DNA from: Sphaerodactylus townsendi
Taxonomy: Eukaryota
Length of the DNA: 64,000 nucleotides
Assembly (NCBI RefSeq): GCF_021028975.2
Contig: NC_059426.1
Span: 116,932,001 to 116,996,000 of the forward strand
Direction: 5' to 3'
Part shown: one piece after another, positions 12,101 to 23,685 of the stretch
Numbering within the stretch: the first letter of the stretch is position 1
Layout: the number at the start of each line of letters is the position of its first letter
Notes under the pieces: model-generated
Seen by the model: only the letters and a program-made list of their open reading frames with translations
Told to the model about the DNA's origin: nothing
The model's database searches: none
Program-made: the position numbers and the translations under genes

Positions 12101-15100
12101 TGAGATACTGTTTCTTAAGTGGGAAGTCTCCTTGTCCAAGCTTAACACACTAATCTTGATCAAAGAAAGCTTGTTCTGCACACACATACCATTATTCTTT
12201 TCACTGTCAGCTGGCTTCATTTGGATAGGATGGTGCATCTGTGACCAAAAGAAAGTGATTAGGATATATAAATGCTACCCACGTGTTCCTTCACAGAACC
12301 AGAATTTTGCAGCCATTGTTTTTTTTTTAATATTATATTAAAATATTAGATGGTAAACTAATGCATATGGAAATGGAAATATCAAGCCTGTTGAACCAAA
12401 TGATTCCACATACCCATCTCAGAGCTGGAACCCTGAACGAATTGAAATGAAGACAGAACAGATCTGAAAGATAATGTGCTTGTTGTCTTACCCCTGGGAG
12501 AATCTTCATGTTATGAAGAGCATTCTGTGCTTCTAGTGCAGCTTTACGGGTATAAAATGTAACAAAACAGCACCCTATAAAGCAAACACATAAATTGCAA
12601 ACTGAGGGCTTATTTTTAGAAGAGATTCACAACATAAAATGCTGCCTTCCTAATACTTGATAGCTAAAAGTTACTGCAGTCAAGCTATCCCTACGTTTTG
12701 AGACTTTTAAGGGAACAACTCCTAGCAGAACAAATGTTTTCAACACATTTTAGCATCACTCAGGAGTTAATTACGAAGAGAATATTTTACTTTGGCAGAG
12801 GTAACTGCTGAAGACCCAAAATAATCAGTTGCAGAACTTGAACTAGTCAGAAACCAATCATGCTGTTTAAACCCACAGAAAATAACTTATAATGTTAGAA
12901 CTCAGAACACACATTTTAAAAGATGAGCTCCTTTACCACAGAATGTAAGCATCTAAGCATAATATTTAAACTCTTCATGAATGTGGCTTCATTCATTAAC
13001 CTCAACCTGTCAGCGATTTATCCATCAAAAAGTGACAGTCTGAAGTGGCAAACCAAACTGTAGAGTCTTCAAGTAGACCACATTTTAAAAGGCTACTTTC
13101 TCATAAGAAGAATTTTTTTAAAACATGGAATGATATTTTTTAAAAAATTATAATCCTTTGCCTGAAAGGGAACACAGTTTATTCCACCAGCTCAGAACTG
13201 CTTAACACTACATTCTGCTACATCTATAGAGCAGATCTTAACTTCTAGAACATTTAATTTAACCAATAAGCAATATTCTGCAATTACCAGTTCATGTACC
13301 TCATTTGTAGCTTAACAGACACATTCAGCAGTATTAAAGGTAAGCTTCTCCCAAAGGTCTTTCACCTCCTGATCTGATCAAAAGCTATATAGGCTGAGAG
13401 GCCAAGAGCTCGCCCATTCCCCAGCAGCTTCCATTAGCTCTTTGGCAGCTTTGCTTCTCCTCCTTTGAGACTCCAGGCCAAAGTGAGCTAATTAGGACAA
13501 AAGGCTTGGGACTCTAGCAGATGTTTTACTGTTTTTCCCCCTACATTTTATTCAACACATGTCAAAATGGTAGAACACTATGTTAGTTATTCCAAGAATA
13601 AGGGCAAGGTCATAAATCAGGTTTTTAGGTGTACTCTTAAAAATGCACGAGGGCATTCAACAAAGACATATTTCAAAATATATAATACACAGGTATATGT
13701 CAACCTTGGCTGCAGCTCCTTGTTAAGTGTACATGTGGTAGCAAACTCCCCTTTGCTCTGTACAATGTGTTCAAAAGCCGTAAAAGTCACAAACTGCCTG
13801 TTTTCTTGATAGTGTTCCACATAAAATAACATGGAGGTGATCATGCAACTCATGTTATCTAGACCAAAGTGACAAAAGTCAAAGTTTGTGCGTACACAAG
13901 CAAACCTGTATCCATCTGAATATAAAAGTCGCAATATGCATTGGCAACAAAAATTTTAATTAGAAAATAGCTCTCACCTTTACTCTGAGGAGGGTTTTGG
14001 CTCCTGTCCCGCAGGACATTAATTTCATAGACGGCACCATACTGTTCAAATAGTTCCCGTAGATCCTTCTCAGACCAACTTCGAGGGACCTGACCCACAA
14101 ACATCTTGATGGCATCAATGTCTGGTTGGTCAGGGTGATCCAGTGTGCCATTCATTTTCTTTGAGCTGTACAAGGCAAAGAGAAAAAAGCTGATACGTCT
14201 CCTCCTTGGCTATGCCTTGATAAATCATGCTTCCTGTGTATTAAAAGGATACTACAATTTCAAATGTTATCACAAAAACAATTTGTTTAAAAATCCATAG
14301 AGAAAAAACCAAAATAATTTTGTACATAAAGCCAGGGTGGTGATGGTATTTAACTTCCTCTAGATTTATTTCGCACTTTGTTCTTCCATAAAAGTTAATA
14401 ATAATAATCACGTAGTGCAAAAGAGAAACTGGGTTATATGCGTGTGTGTGTACACACATGTATATTTATGTATATAAATATGTGTGTGTGTACATTCACA
14501 AACACACATACCCTTGCTCGAAAGTAAGCCCAGCTGCTTCTGTGTGTAGTCTTAAATCCTGTAATTCTGCAATTGTTCATTGTAAGTTCAAAGGCAGAAG
14601 GTTCTGAATAAATAGTGAATGAAAAATTCATGCTCATTTCCAAGTTCTTTACTCTACCAGATATTGCTAGGTAGAGTTATTGTTTAGCAAGTTCAGTTTG
14701 AGGTCCTAATTATAATCCAAAAGTTAAAGATATAAGTCAAATGGCTTGCCAGTGCTTTCCCCTTAAAACAGTAAAAACAACCCTATGTGGTCTCCCCAAA
14801 GGCTGTATTTTCTACCCTTCAGCAGAAACCCAGGATGAAGCAACATGAGTCCAACTTTTGTTAATGGTCCCTGTAAACTATATTTGCCAACCTTTAGTTT
14901 CTGTAACAGAGAATCAACAATGAAAAGAAAATCTGAAAGATTATTTTACTACAGCAAGGGAGTAATGCTGAAAGCACCCATTGTAATCCAGAAAGACAGG
15001 CTGGGATGGTTACTAGAGAGCCTTCATTTCACTCCAGAACATGGTATGTTATGCTCAGAGGACATGAAGACTGATCTTCAGATGTCAGCCTACTTTTGTT

Positions 15101-18100
15101 TTCTTTAATGTGTGGTAATTTTCAGGGCATAGTATGCTCCTATTGTTAGAAATTCCATAAATGTGTCTGAAAAGGAATTTTAAAGGAAAATTTGCCTTCA
15201 AATAATAACAAACCAGACACAATTAGGGTTAAACTGGATGTGGAGTTGGGAATTGTATAGTCAAACCTTCCAAGTGTTTTTCCCTTCTAAATAACAGTTT
15301 TGTACAACCCAATTTTGACGGTATTGCAGATCAGGCGAAAAAAGCATATATATTAAAACATTTACTTTGCATCTGCCCCAGTGACTCAAGGCTATTCACA
15401 AATTCCAATTTAAAACACACAATAACGATCAACTCCCAGATTATCCCCGTGATAAAAGAACTCCATGTGAACAGAAAACTAGCACAGCAGGGAGAAGGTT
15501 GGGCTAAAACTAGTTTCTTCCAATGTTTCTCATGGGGAAATATTTTTATACACGGAGAAACAATAGAAAAAGTCTTCCTTCACTTAAAGGGATACAGTCT
15601 ACTCTACCATTGCAACACTAACATCCCAGTCTGCTACTTCCTTTCTGCTGTGCTATTTTCCAACCTGAAACAGTATAATGGAATTGATATTTACTCCACC
15701 GGGATAACCGTACAGAATGCCTACATGATTGTCCCAACGGAGCAAACAGCTTGATAGGAATCCATCATGTCAAGGAAACTTCATAGAAACCCCCCATGCC
15801 CTCTAAATCACAGTTCTGATCAAAATTCCACCCCCTACAGGTACTTGCAAAGGCCCAATCACAGAAGTCCCAGTGACTTGCCTAGTTTGACTCTAGACTT
15901 TCCTAATACAGGTTTTCTGCTAGGCTAGGCGAAAACAATAACACAATTTGTTTGCAGGCTACTAAATTTCATGGACACTACTTCAGAGCAGCGATCAGTG
16001 TGACTGTGCTACGTTTAACTCAAAAGAAAAAGATGGCCTCCCTCAGCCTTTCATTGACTGAGAAAATGCAGTATTTATTATTGTTGACAACTTCATGAGG
16101 CACTCTGAGAATGGAACCTTGGAAACTTACTGTGAGGGTTCCCTTTGCTCTGAGGTAAGGAAGGTATCTTGGAAACTTGGGTATTCCCTTTCTTCACCAA
16201 TGCCAAGCACATAAAGGCTTGCTTTATGTCTAAGCGTTGTTCTTCTCATTTCTACAGCAAGTAGAATCTCATTAAGTCCACCACTACCATTCGCTCTTCA
16301 GATGGGCAAAATGCCCTCCTTACCTCGGAGCAAAAGAATGGGAATTCCAATAGCAGCATCCCTCTGTCTTTGGGTGGAAATTATGAGTCATCCACCATTT
16401 GATGCATAACTCAGTGTCCCAAAGCTGCATCGACTAAAGAAAAAGAAATTATCATGTAGTGTCTAATGAAGGTTGAAATGGATAACCACATGACCACTAT
16501 GGATATCTCTTCAACTGAGGCACGACCGTCAAATGCTGCATTATCAGCTGACCTTCCTACTGGGTTAGAAGTTAAGCCCACAGGAATGGGAATGTTGCCG
16601 GATCTATATGCCTGAGAAATGCACTGCCTTATGTTGTAATTTATCACCTGTATTCTGTGAAACAAGGAATTGACCTTGGCAGTAAAGGCAGGATCAGACC
16701 GAAGTACCACATTGTCTTTGCTGAAGGCACATCCTTTTCTGGATGAAAGAGCCCCCAATTCTGCTACCCTTCAAGCTGAAGTTACTGCTGTTAAGAGCAA
16801 AGTTCTCATGCAAAGTCACTTAAGCAGAACCACTTTTAATGGGTCCAATAGAACTTTGTTGAGAACATGCCAAGGTTCTTGCACTGAAAGCTCTACTGAA
16901 GATGGAAGCCAGGGCCTGTGAAGCCATTCCAGAACCACAAAGCTAACTAGGGCTCATTCCTGGCAGATCTTCCTCCACAGGGAGGTCAAGGAATCTTCTT
17001 GCTCTGCCTGAGGATGGTGAAAAAAATCTGGAACAGAATCATGGCACTAGATGACAATAGGCCGGTGCGAAAGGTTCACACTCAGAACATCAAATCTATT
17101 CAGGTCTCCTTTTTGAAAGACCACTTGTCCTTGTCCATAGTTCATCTGCTCAACCAGTATGCTTGAGTACTGAAGGATCCCTGGATGTGCTCTGCTGAGT
17201 GATTGTAGATACAACTATTCCCAAGATTGAGTGCGCTTTGCTTTCTGATGCAGGACAGACAACCTGGATCCCCCTTGCTTATTGATATGTGCATTTGCTG
17301 ATATACCAGTGGTCCTGACTAGGGCATGCTGGCTCATGATACTGAAAGTGCATGAGCACCATCCTCATAGCTCTGAGTTCCAGGATATTGATGCTCAGGT
17401 ACTTCTCTTTGTCCTAGGCTGGCTGATCCTGGATGGGAGCCCCAGCCCTCCCAACTGATCAGACTGGCTACTGTGAAAATGTATACCATTTCCTTCTTTA
17501 TATAAGATTGTGCCCAAGCTAGAAGGCTGGATTTGGTCCACCAGATCAAGCTTTGTCTGACTGAGATTGTTAGGGTCAGCCGGGATGTCTTTTCTTCTGT
17601 GTGATCACCACCTGATGTGGTCACAGGAACCCACTGGGGAGGCCTGGAATGTAAACAAGCCTATGGAACTGATCTTATGAATGAAAGCGTTAGACTGTGG
17701 GGTCAGGGGGATTAACCTTTCTGATTTGACCTTGCAGATGTTCTTTGCCAAGCTTAATAGCTTGTTAATGTTTTTTCTCTGGTAGAACATGCTATTTTGG
17801 TTGTCTATGATGATCCCATGATGCTCTAGACTCTGTGTTAGAAGGTTGCTTTTTATCTCTGTTCAAAAGATTCTCCAGCATCTGTATGACAGTGCAGCTT
17901 TCTCCTTTGTTGGTGAACAAATCAGGATATCATCCAGGTCTGGGTGGACTGCCTTCACTGCTTTCTGGCAAGGACCACTAGTGTCACCAGAGCCTTGGAA
18001 AACACTTGAGGAGCTGAAGCTGGTCCAAAACAAAGGGCTGTGATTTGGAAATGCTGGTCTTGGAAGGAGAATCTGAGAAATGTGTGATGACCCACATCAA

Positions 18101-21100
18101 GAGGAATGTGTAGGGATGCTTCCATGAGATAAATGGAAGTCATGAATGATCCTGGATTGAATGTTTTGATGCTGGACTATAGGGTCTTCATGAGGAAGTG
18201 TTTTTGAATCTCCTTGTTTCTCACAGGGAGGAACTCTTTCTACTTTTTTTCTAGCCTTTATCACCAAGAAATGTTGCATTGCCGATAGAGTCCTTATTTG
18301 TTTCTGCCTTTTGAGGGATCAGGGAGAGGTGAGGAACTGGTCCGGGGAAGATTACAAAACTCTATGGTAAAACCAAATAGGATGATTTGTTGCACCCAAT
18401 GGTCCAGAAGTGATTGAAGTAATTGATCCTGGGAAAATTATAGTATTCTTCCACTGGACCTGGCCTGGCGTCAGTTTTCCTTGTATGATAGGCAAATTGA
18501 TAGGGATAAAATTGAGAAGACCTGTTAAGACAGCAGATCCAGGTCTACATCATCCTCAGAGGTCTGTGATCCCCTGCAAAAGGAGCCTCAGCTGATTGGC
18601 CTCTGTGCTCTCCTCCGGTTTAGGCTAAACTGTGGAGGTGTGTGGTAGGGACAAGAGGAGGTTTGGTATAAAGGTCTTCTGTTACCCTTCCTTATATTTC
18701 TTGGTATGGCCTTTTTTTCCTGTCTCTGGTCTCCCAACACTATTTTGTCAAGGGTATCCCCAAACAGTCGGCCACCTTGGAAAGTATAAACCATCATTAT
18801 GGCTTGGGAGTGGAGGTCTGCTTGACACACACAAAGCCACAGAGTACAATCCATGGTAGTAGCTGCAGCCATAGAGAATACTGAAAAAGCCACATTGTCC
18901 AGAGATGCATCTGCTAGGAAGGACACAGCCTTAAGGACAATATTTACACCTTCTGTTCTTACTGGGAATGAGTTGACTCAGTTTGCAAGTCCAGGCAATG
19001 GAAGTCCTGGAAACAAGAGCTGACATGGCTGCTGCCTTTCTGGCTAGGATCAATACTTTGTGGGCCTCCCTGAATGCAAAATCTGTTTTTCTGTATAAAC
19101 AGGCCTTCACCATGACATCTCCTTGACTCTCCAACACCTCTGGGGCTGTTTATTGCTTGGGCTCCCTGCTGCAATGAGGACAGCAAACTCAGGCCTTCAT
19201 CATCTTCAGAGAAACTCGTTGCTGCTTGCATTGTACCACTCTGTGGCATCCTCCATTAGTGGGGGGGGGGGGGACCAAAGCAATAAGGGAAGCACCACAC
19301 ACAGCAATAAGAAGGAAGGCAAGTTCTAGCCAGCATAGCAGAGAGCTTATGCAACATATGATGCAAAAAGGTGGGAGAAAGGAAAAAAGACAGAGCCAGG
19401 TTATCTGCAGAAGACACACTTAGCTGCTCTCTTTATGCAAGGCCAGGATAAAACTGATGCACAAGTTCCCACCTAGAGGACAGGAAGTGGAAAGTTTTAG
19501 TCCTGGGAAAACAGCTAAGCTTCCAAGATGCCCGACTGCTCAGAACAAAAAATATCGAGGATCTTAACTATATAATCTCCACATTATTTCACATCTCAAA
19601 CACACACAATTTCATACAAGAACAAAACAGGATTCTTTCAAACAAAGGAATATAGAAAATCGTAACAGGATGATTAAAAAAAACTTTAAAGACTGAACAG
19701 AATTATTTATTTATTTGATTTAATATCCTGCTGTCTCCTGCTGAAACAGGCTTGGAGTGGCTTACAACATACTCATATTACACAATTTCCTAAAATACCA
19801 TATAAAATAAATAATCTAATAAACAAGGTATAGGTGGCATTAAAAACTTAACTACGGGTAGAACAACTTACTCCCCCCCCCCCCATTTAATATCGTCACT
19901 TCAGCTTGAAACGTAAACATGAATATGCTAAATTTCAAAAGTTTAAATAAAGTCAGATTGAAATTTATTGTTAGTAAATTCAACCAATTCCCGGCACATT
20001 AACCCCTGAACTAAAAGAGAGCCTGCAGGGGTAAGGAGCCGGAAAATGCTGAATGGTTAAAGTCAGGTAGTAGAGATGTTTATGATAATATCCCTCCTTT
20101 CTTTTTGACTGTTTCACCAGCTACTGCTGTTTCTCCAAAGGTGTAATTTGGTCATAGTGATCCATGCTCTGATCACATCCAGGACCAGAACAGATTACAG
20201 TAATGTGCAGCAGTCCAGAATGCAGCAGCCAGATTATTTTTGAGGAGCTAAATACAGCAACTGTATCCCCCCATGTTGGAAAATCTACATGGACTATTCT
20301 GGTCTAGTTTTTAACTATAAGGCCGTGAACTGCTTAGGGCTGGAATACTAGGAAGAACCACCTTTTCATGTATTGTCCAGACCACCAGGTAATATCCTCT
20401 TATCAAGCCCTGCTTTCTGTGTCCCCACCTGCAGAGGTAAGGTGGGTAACAACCAGAAACAGTGCTTTTTTTTAGCAGTGAAACCCTGCCTTTGCAATGT
20501 CCACTCATCTGAGGCTTGCCTAAAGCCTACCTTATTTTCTTTTCCATCTTTCTTTAGCTATTTCATGGTCTGTTTGTAGCCTGAGGACTGAAATTCCACA
20601 TACTTCCAATGATACAGTTAACATATATTAACAACACAGTTGGGGCAAATTATTGGTTCTGGAAGGGCATGAAGACTTCTGCCTTTCATAGCTTACAATA
20701 GGAATTAGTTGTACACACCACTTTTGCTGAACTACCAAAGTGGGGTTTGATTCCCCACTCTTCCACATGAGTGGCAGAGTTTTATTGTTTCCCCACTCCT
20801 ACATTCCTGCTGGGTGACCTTGGGCTAGTCACAGTTCTTCAGAACTCTCTCAGCCCCACCTACCTCACAAAGTGGCATCTGTTGTGGGGAAAGGAAGGGA
20901 AAGGAGTTTGTAAACCCCTTTGAGTCTTCTTACAAGAGATAATCCAAAGCTCTTCTTCAATCAGTGGGCTGGATCCTATAGAAACTTCAAGTCAGGAGTT
21001 GGCAGAGGGGTTTTTTTCATACCATCTCCATTACATTATACTGAGACAGGTGGAGAAATCACTGAGCTAGTGCAAGAAGATACTTTGCTCAATTCCCAAT

Positions 21101-22046
21101 CTTCTCTGTACCCCCTACTCCACATGGCACTGCATTCTGCTGATGAAGGTTCTCAAATTCTAACTATAAGATTTTACAGGTGCCCAGGGAAGAGAAGAGG
21201 GAAGATCCACATCTGCAATTCCTTCTGCAAACTTTTGTTATAGGGCCCAGTTCTGGTGTTTCGAATCATAACAATGACTTGACAGTTTCAAGAAACTTTG
21301 GAAAGCAGGTAGGAAGGCATGTTTCAGTCACTATTATAGATGTTGCAATAGTTTCACGTATTTATCAGAAAAGTTTATTTCTATGACACTAATACCTTAA
21401 CTTAATAAAATATGTTCATGTGAAAGTTGCAGCATAGCTATATCCAGTTCCATTTAAATTTTGATAAGAATTTTTTATTCTGTCTGAGTTTTATCATAAA
21501 TTTACACAAATTTGCATTTCTAGTATGCTAAAATTGTACCGACTGCAATGCTCAGACATATATATTGACAGCTTAGACTCTTGGACTGCAATAATGTGCC
21601 AGATTTCAAGCATAATCTGTACTGTATGTTAATGTTCTTAATGATAGTTAAAAAACTATATCCCTTAAAAAATAAAAAACAAATACACAGTAAATTAATA
21701 TTATTAGAATCAAGACAGCCTGTTTTAAGCCGGTTCCATGTAGAATAAAATTAAAACCTGACAGAAAACTGAATCTGCTGTGCCTTATGAAGTACTTGTT
21801 CCTAGCACATCAACTCTAAGCATCTTTTGAAAGCATCATTTCAAGAACTTGGGTATTATTTTTGCTTTGTTTTTTGCTTTTCTCCCTTTCAATTACAAAA
21901 CATAAAGAACAACATCCCCACAAACCATGATCAAAAGATCAAATTCAAGCCAATCAGCTATGAAGAAGTACTTACAGAGGGCTGACATTCAAGGAGCAAT
22001 GATCCACCATCATTTCTGGGAGGAAATCCAACTTAAAAGCAGCCAT
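55..22046 (-). CDS. CELF1: CUGBP Elav-like family member 1 (CELF1/CUG-BP1), multi-exon CDS, 3' end outside the window
   Basis: Exons in transcript order: 22046-21976, 14165-13978, 12574-12492, 12238-12190, 10270-10136, 9979-9900, 9550-9389, 8882-8801, 3370-3242, 1607-1494, 1346-1161, 198-55. All GT-AG and phase-consistent (1423 nt). Translation [13 protein letters not shown]...[12 protein letters not shown]...[24 protein letters not shown]...[10 protein letters not shown]...[21 protein letters not shown] matches CELF1 RRM1-3. Confidence 0.97.
735..865 (-). mobile_element. Penelope-like element end fragment
   Basis: Reverse complement of the GCCAGCCACAGATGCAGGCRAAACG...CACGGCCACACAGCCCGGAAAACCC repeat also seen at 22.8 kb and 28.3 kb. 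Confidence 0.6.
1161..1346 (-). CDS. CELF1: CELF1 exon ([17 protein letters not shown]...AAGSQKE)
   Basis: Within ORF 982..1344; tag| acceptor, |gtaggt donor. Confidence 0.95.
1494..1607 (-). CDS. CELF1: CELF1 exon ((A)[37 protein letters not shown])
   Basis: Within ORF 1489..1716; tandem tag|cag| acceptor (start at 1607 or 1604); |gttagt donor. Confidence 0.93.
3242..3370 (-). CDS. CELF1: CELF1 exon ([26 protein letters not shown]...VLTSS)
   Basis: Within ORF 3117..3452; tcttacag| acceptor, |gtaaaa donor. Confidence 0.94.
3385..6387 (+). mobile_element. Rex1/Babar-clade non-LTR retrotransposon (APE + RT), frameshifted, antisense within a CELF1 intron
   Basis: APE motifs [37 protein letters not shown]; RT motifs [67 protein letters not shown]; 3' tail of (ATGCTT) repeats. 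Confidence 0.9.
6830..8120 (-). mobile_element. Decayed L2-type LINE fragments (RT C-terminal part and 3' end)
   Basis: ORF 7793..8119 has HQYVNDAQL (degenerate YADDTQL) and [11 protein letters not shown]; L2-like 3' end at ~6830-7260, interrupted by a MITE. Confidence 0.65.
7274..7421. mobile_element. Palindromic hAT MITE (148 bp), TSD GTCTACAG
   Basis: Termini CAGGGGTAGGGAACC...GGTTCCCTACCCCTG; near-perfect palindrome; exact 8-bp TSD. Confidence 0.92.
8801..8882 (-). CDS. CELF1: CELF1 exon ((LYLQ)[23 protein letters not shown])
   Basis: Manual translation; acceptors give starts at 8882 or 8870; |gtaagt donor. Confidence 0.93.
9389..9550 (-). CDS. CELF1: CELF1 exon ([21 protein letters not shown]...GPQYLA)
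   Basis: Within ORF 9365..9562; ttcag| acceptor, |gtgagt donor. Confidence 0.95.
9900..9979 (-). CDS. CELF1: CELF1 exon, RRM2 ([27 protein letters not shown])
   Basis: RNP1 motif; ttttcag| acceptor, |gtaaga donor. Confidence 0.95.
10136..10270 (-). CDS. CELF1: CELF1 exon, RRM2 ([24 protein letters not shown]...DGLSR)
   Basis: Overlaps ORF 10005..10268; ttttag| acceptor, |gtgagg donor. Confidence 0.95.
12190..12238 (-). CDS. CELF1: CELF1 exon ([16 protein letters not shown])
   Basis: cacag| acceptor, |gtatgt donor. Confidence 0.94.
12492..12574 (-). CDS. CELF1: CELF1 exon, RRM1 ([28 protein letters not shown])
   Basis: Manual translation; tatag| acceptor, |gtaaga donor. Confidence 0.95.
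13978..14165 (-). CDS. CELF1: CELF1 exon, RRM1; contains the short-isoform ATG at 14155 ([12 protein letters not shown]...)
   Basis: Within ORF 13859..14173; tacag| acceptor, |gtgaga donor. Confidence 0.96.
16110..19548 (-). mobile_element. Degenerate DIRS1-like tyrosine-recombinase retrotransposon
   Basis: Minus-strand remnants: gag-like ([14 protein letters not shown]), RT (ASLHIPL...FLRFSF...[22 protein letters not shown]), recombinase ([33 protein letters not shown]). Inverted match 16143-16166 vs ~16312-16335 and a terminal-repeat remnant at ~19440-19548. Confidence 0.85.
20741..20957 (+). mobile_element. tRNA-derived SINE (Squam3-like), 5'-truncated
   Basis: Homologous to 33604-33847. 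Confidence 0.72.
21976..22046 (-). CDS. CELF1: CELF1 first coding exon of the long isoform ([24 protein letters not shown])
   Basis: Manual translation matches the known CELF1 N-terminal extension; |gtaagt donor in frame with the next exon. Acceptor of the UTR part is uncertain (22128, 22099 or 22096). Confidence 0.92.
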
Positions 22047-22748
22047 TGCTTACCACAAACCACTAATGCTAAAGCACTGTTTTGTCAAACCAAACACTGC
22101 TAGAGATTTTTCTGTAGGTTTCAACTCACTGATCCACACACACATACAACACTCTCAAGCCACAAGGATACAAGCTTGGAGAGACCAGCGGTAGACACCA
22201 CAAAAACAGGCTGGACTGGGAAAATAGAATGGGGACCAGGATTAAAAAGGGGATGTGACCATGTGAAGAGAGAGACCGCTCAGTACACAATGAAAATGCT
22301 GATGCACTGGGCTTGTTTTGTGCAATTTTCCCTAGCGAAGCAGTACTGAGTGCACTGTCAGATAAACAGAGTGTCAGATCCATGAAGATAGCTGTGTGCA
22401 ACAGAGCAGAAGGAACACAAACTAGCTTCGGACTCTTAACCAAGTTCTGCATTCAAATTTGTCAGCATGAAGCAGTAAATACTACTACAGACAAAAAAAT
22501 TCTAAGCTAAGAAACTGTTTACTATGTTCCTGGTTTGAGGAAAGCTGTTTTGTGCTAGAAGATGGGCATAACTGTACTTTGGCTTAAAATGTAAACAGCA
22601 AGTCTTAACAAGCTTGTTTCTGAGCAAACCTTCAACAAGACATTACTACAATCTAAGTACTGTGTCCTGTAACTCAAATCTGTAGTACACCACCACCAGA
22701 AGATATTTGCAAGCTTTACAAATCCATTTATGAACAAAACGTGAGTTC

Positions 22749-22903
22749 TGATCCTCTGAAGATGCCAGCCACAGATGCAGGTGAAACGTCAGGAGAACGT
22801 CAGGTTTCAACTCACAGGAGAAAATGCTACTAGAATACGGCCACACAGCCCGGAAACCACACAACACCTCAGTGTTTCCGGCCGTGAAAGCCTTTGACAA
22901 TAC
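22749..22903 (+). mobile_element. Penelope-like element end fragment
   Basis: CCTCTGAAGATGCCAGCCACAGATGCAGGTGAAACGTCAGGAG...GCCGTGAAAGCCTTTGACAATAC. Confidence 0.65.
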
Positions 22904-23685
22904 AATAAAATGTGAGTTTTCAGAACTTTCAGGGATGCCAGAAAATACAGAAAAAAAGATGAAAAATACCAGTTTAAATAAAAACAGATAAGTAAACTCA
23001 TGCATATTGATGAATCTAAGTAATCTTATTTTTCTGAACTCCAATTTTATTACATTAGCATGACAGAGCCGTTCTGCAACTCTGGTCAATAAATCTATCC
23101 CAGTGAACTTCTCCACATTTACTATTCTCTTTTCCACCAAAAGATCTAAACAGGATTCTAACTCCATCCACAACTGCTTCCTGGATCTTATTTTTAGTTC
23201 AGTGCTCCACAGGGTTCCTAGTGCCTGCCTTGTTCTGTTCTTCGTTCAAAAGGGGGGGAAAAGCACGGAGGGGGAGGAAGGCAGCATGATTATGCATGTC
23301 GGGCTGGCCTCTCTCCCTTGTTTTCCCAGTCCAGTCAGGCTGGGGAAGCAAGGAGAGGGAGGCAGCATGATCTTGTGTCTTGGGCTGAGTTAACTCAGCC
23401 CGACACCCCCCCTTGCTTCCCCAACTCAGCTGGCTCAGAGGGACAGCAACAGTCTCCCTATTTCTCCACCCACCTTCCCCCTGGCCAAAACACCAATTTT
23501 GCTCTATTCCACCAGGCCTGGCATCAGCCTCCCCATTCCCCCTCCCCCACAAGCACCAAGCTGCCCCCCCAAAATCACTGCTTGCTTGCCTGCCTGGTCA
23601 TAGTCCTTCAGGGTTAGTTCTACTGTGGAAGCCCGCACTTCCACTGCCCCACTACTGGACCACACTTACATTTTTCTGTGGAAAA

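Noticed and set aside
22646-23173. 175-aa minus-strand ORF
   Set aside because: Runs through a Penelope-like repeat and AT-rich intron; no domain or splice support.
23200-23640. GC-rich segment with palindrome GCTGAGTTAACTCAGC and several ~100-aa ORFs
   Set aside because: Probably an old interspersed repeat; no clear TIR or TSD and no coding signal.
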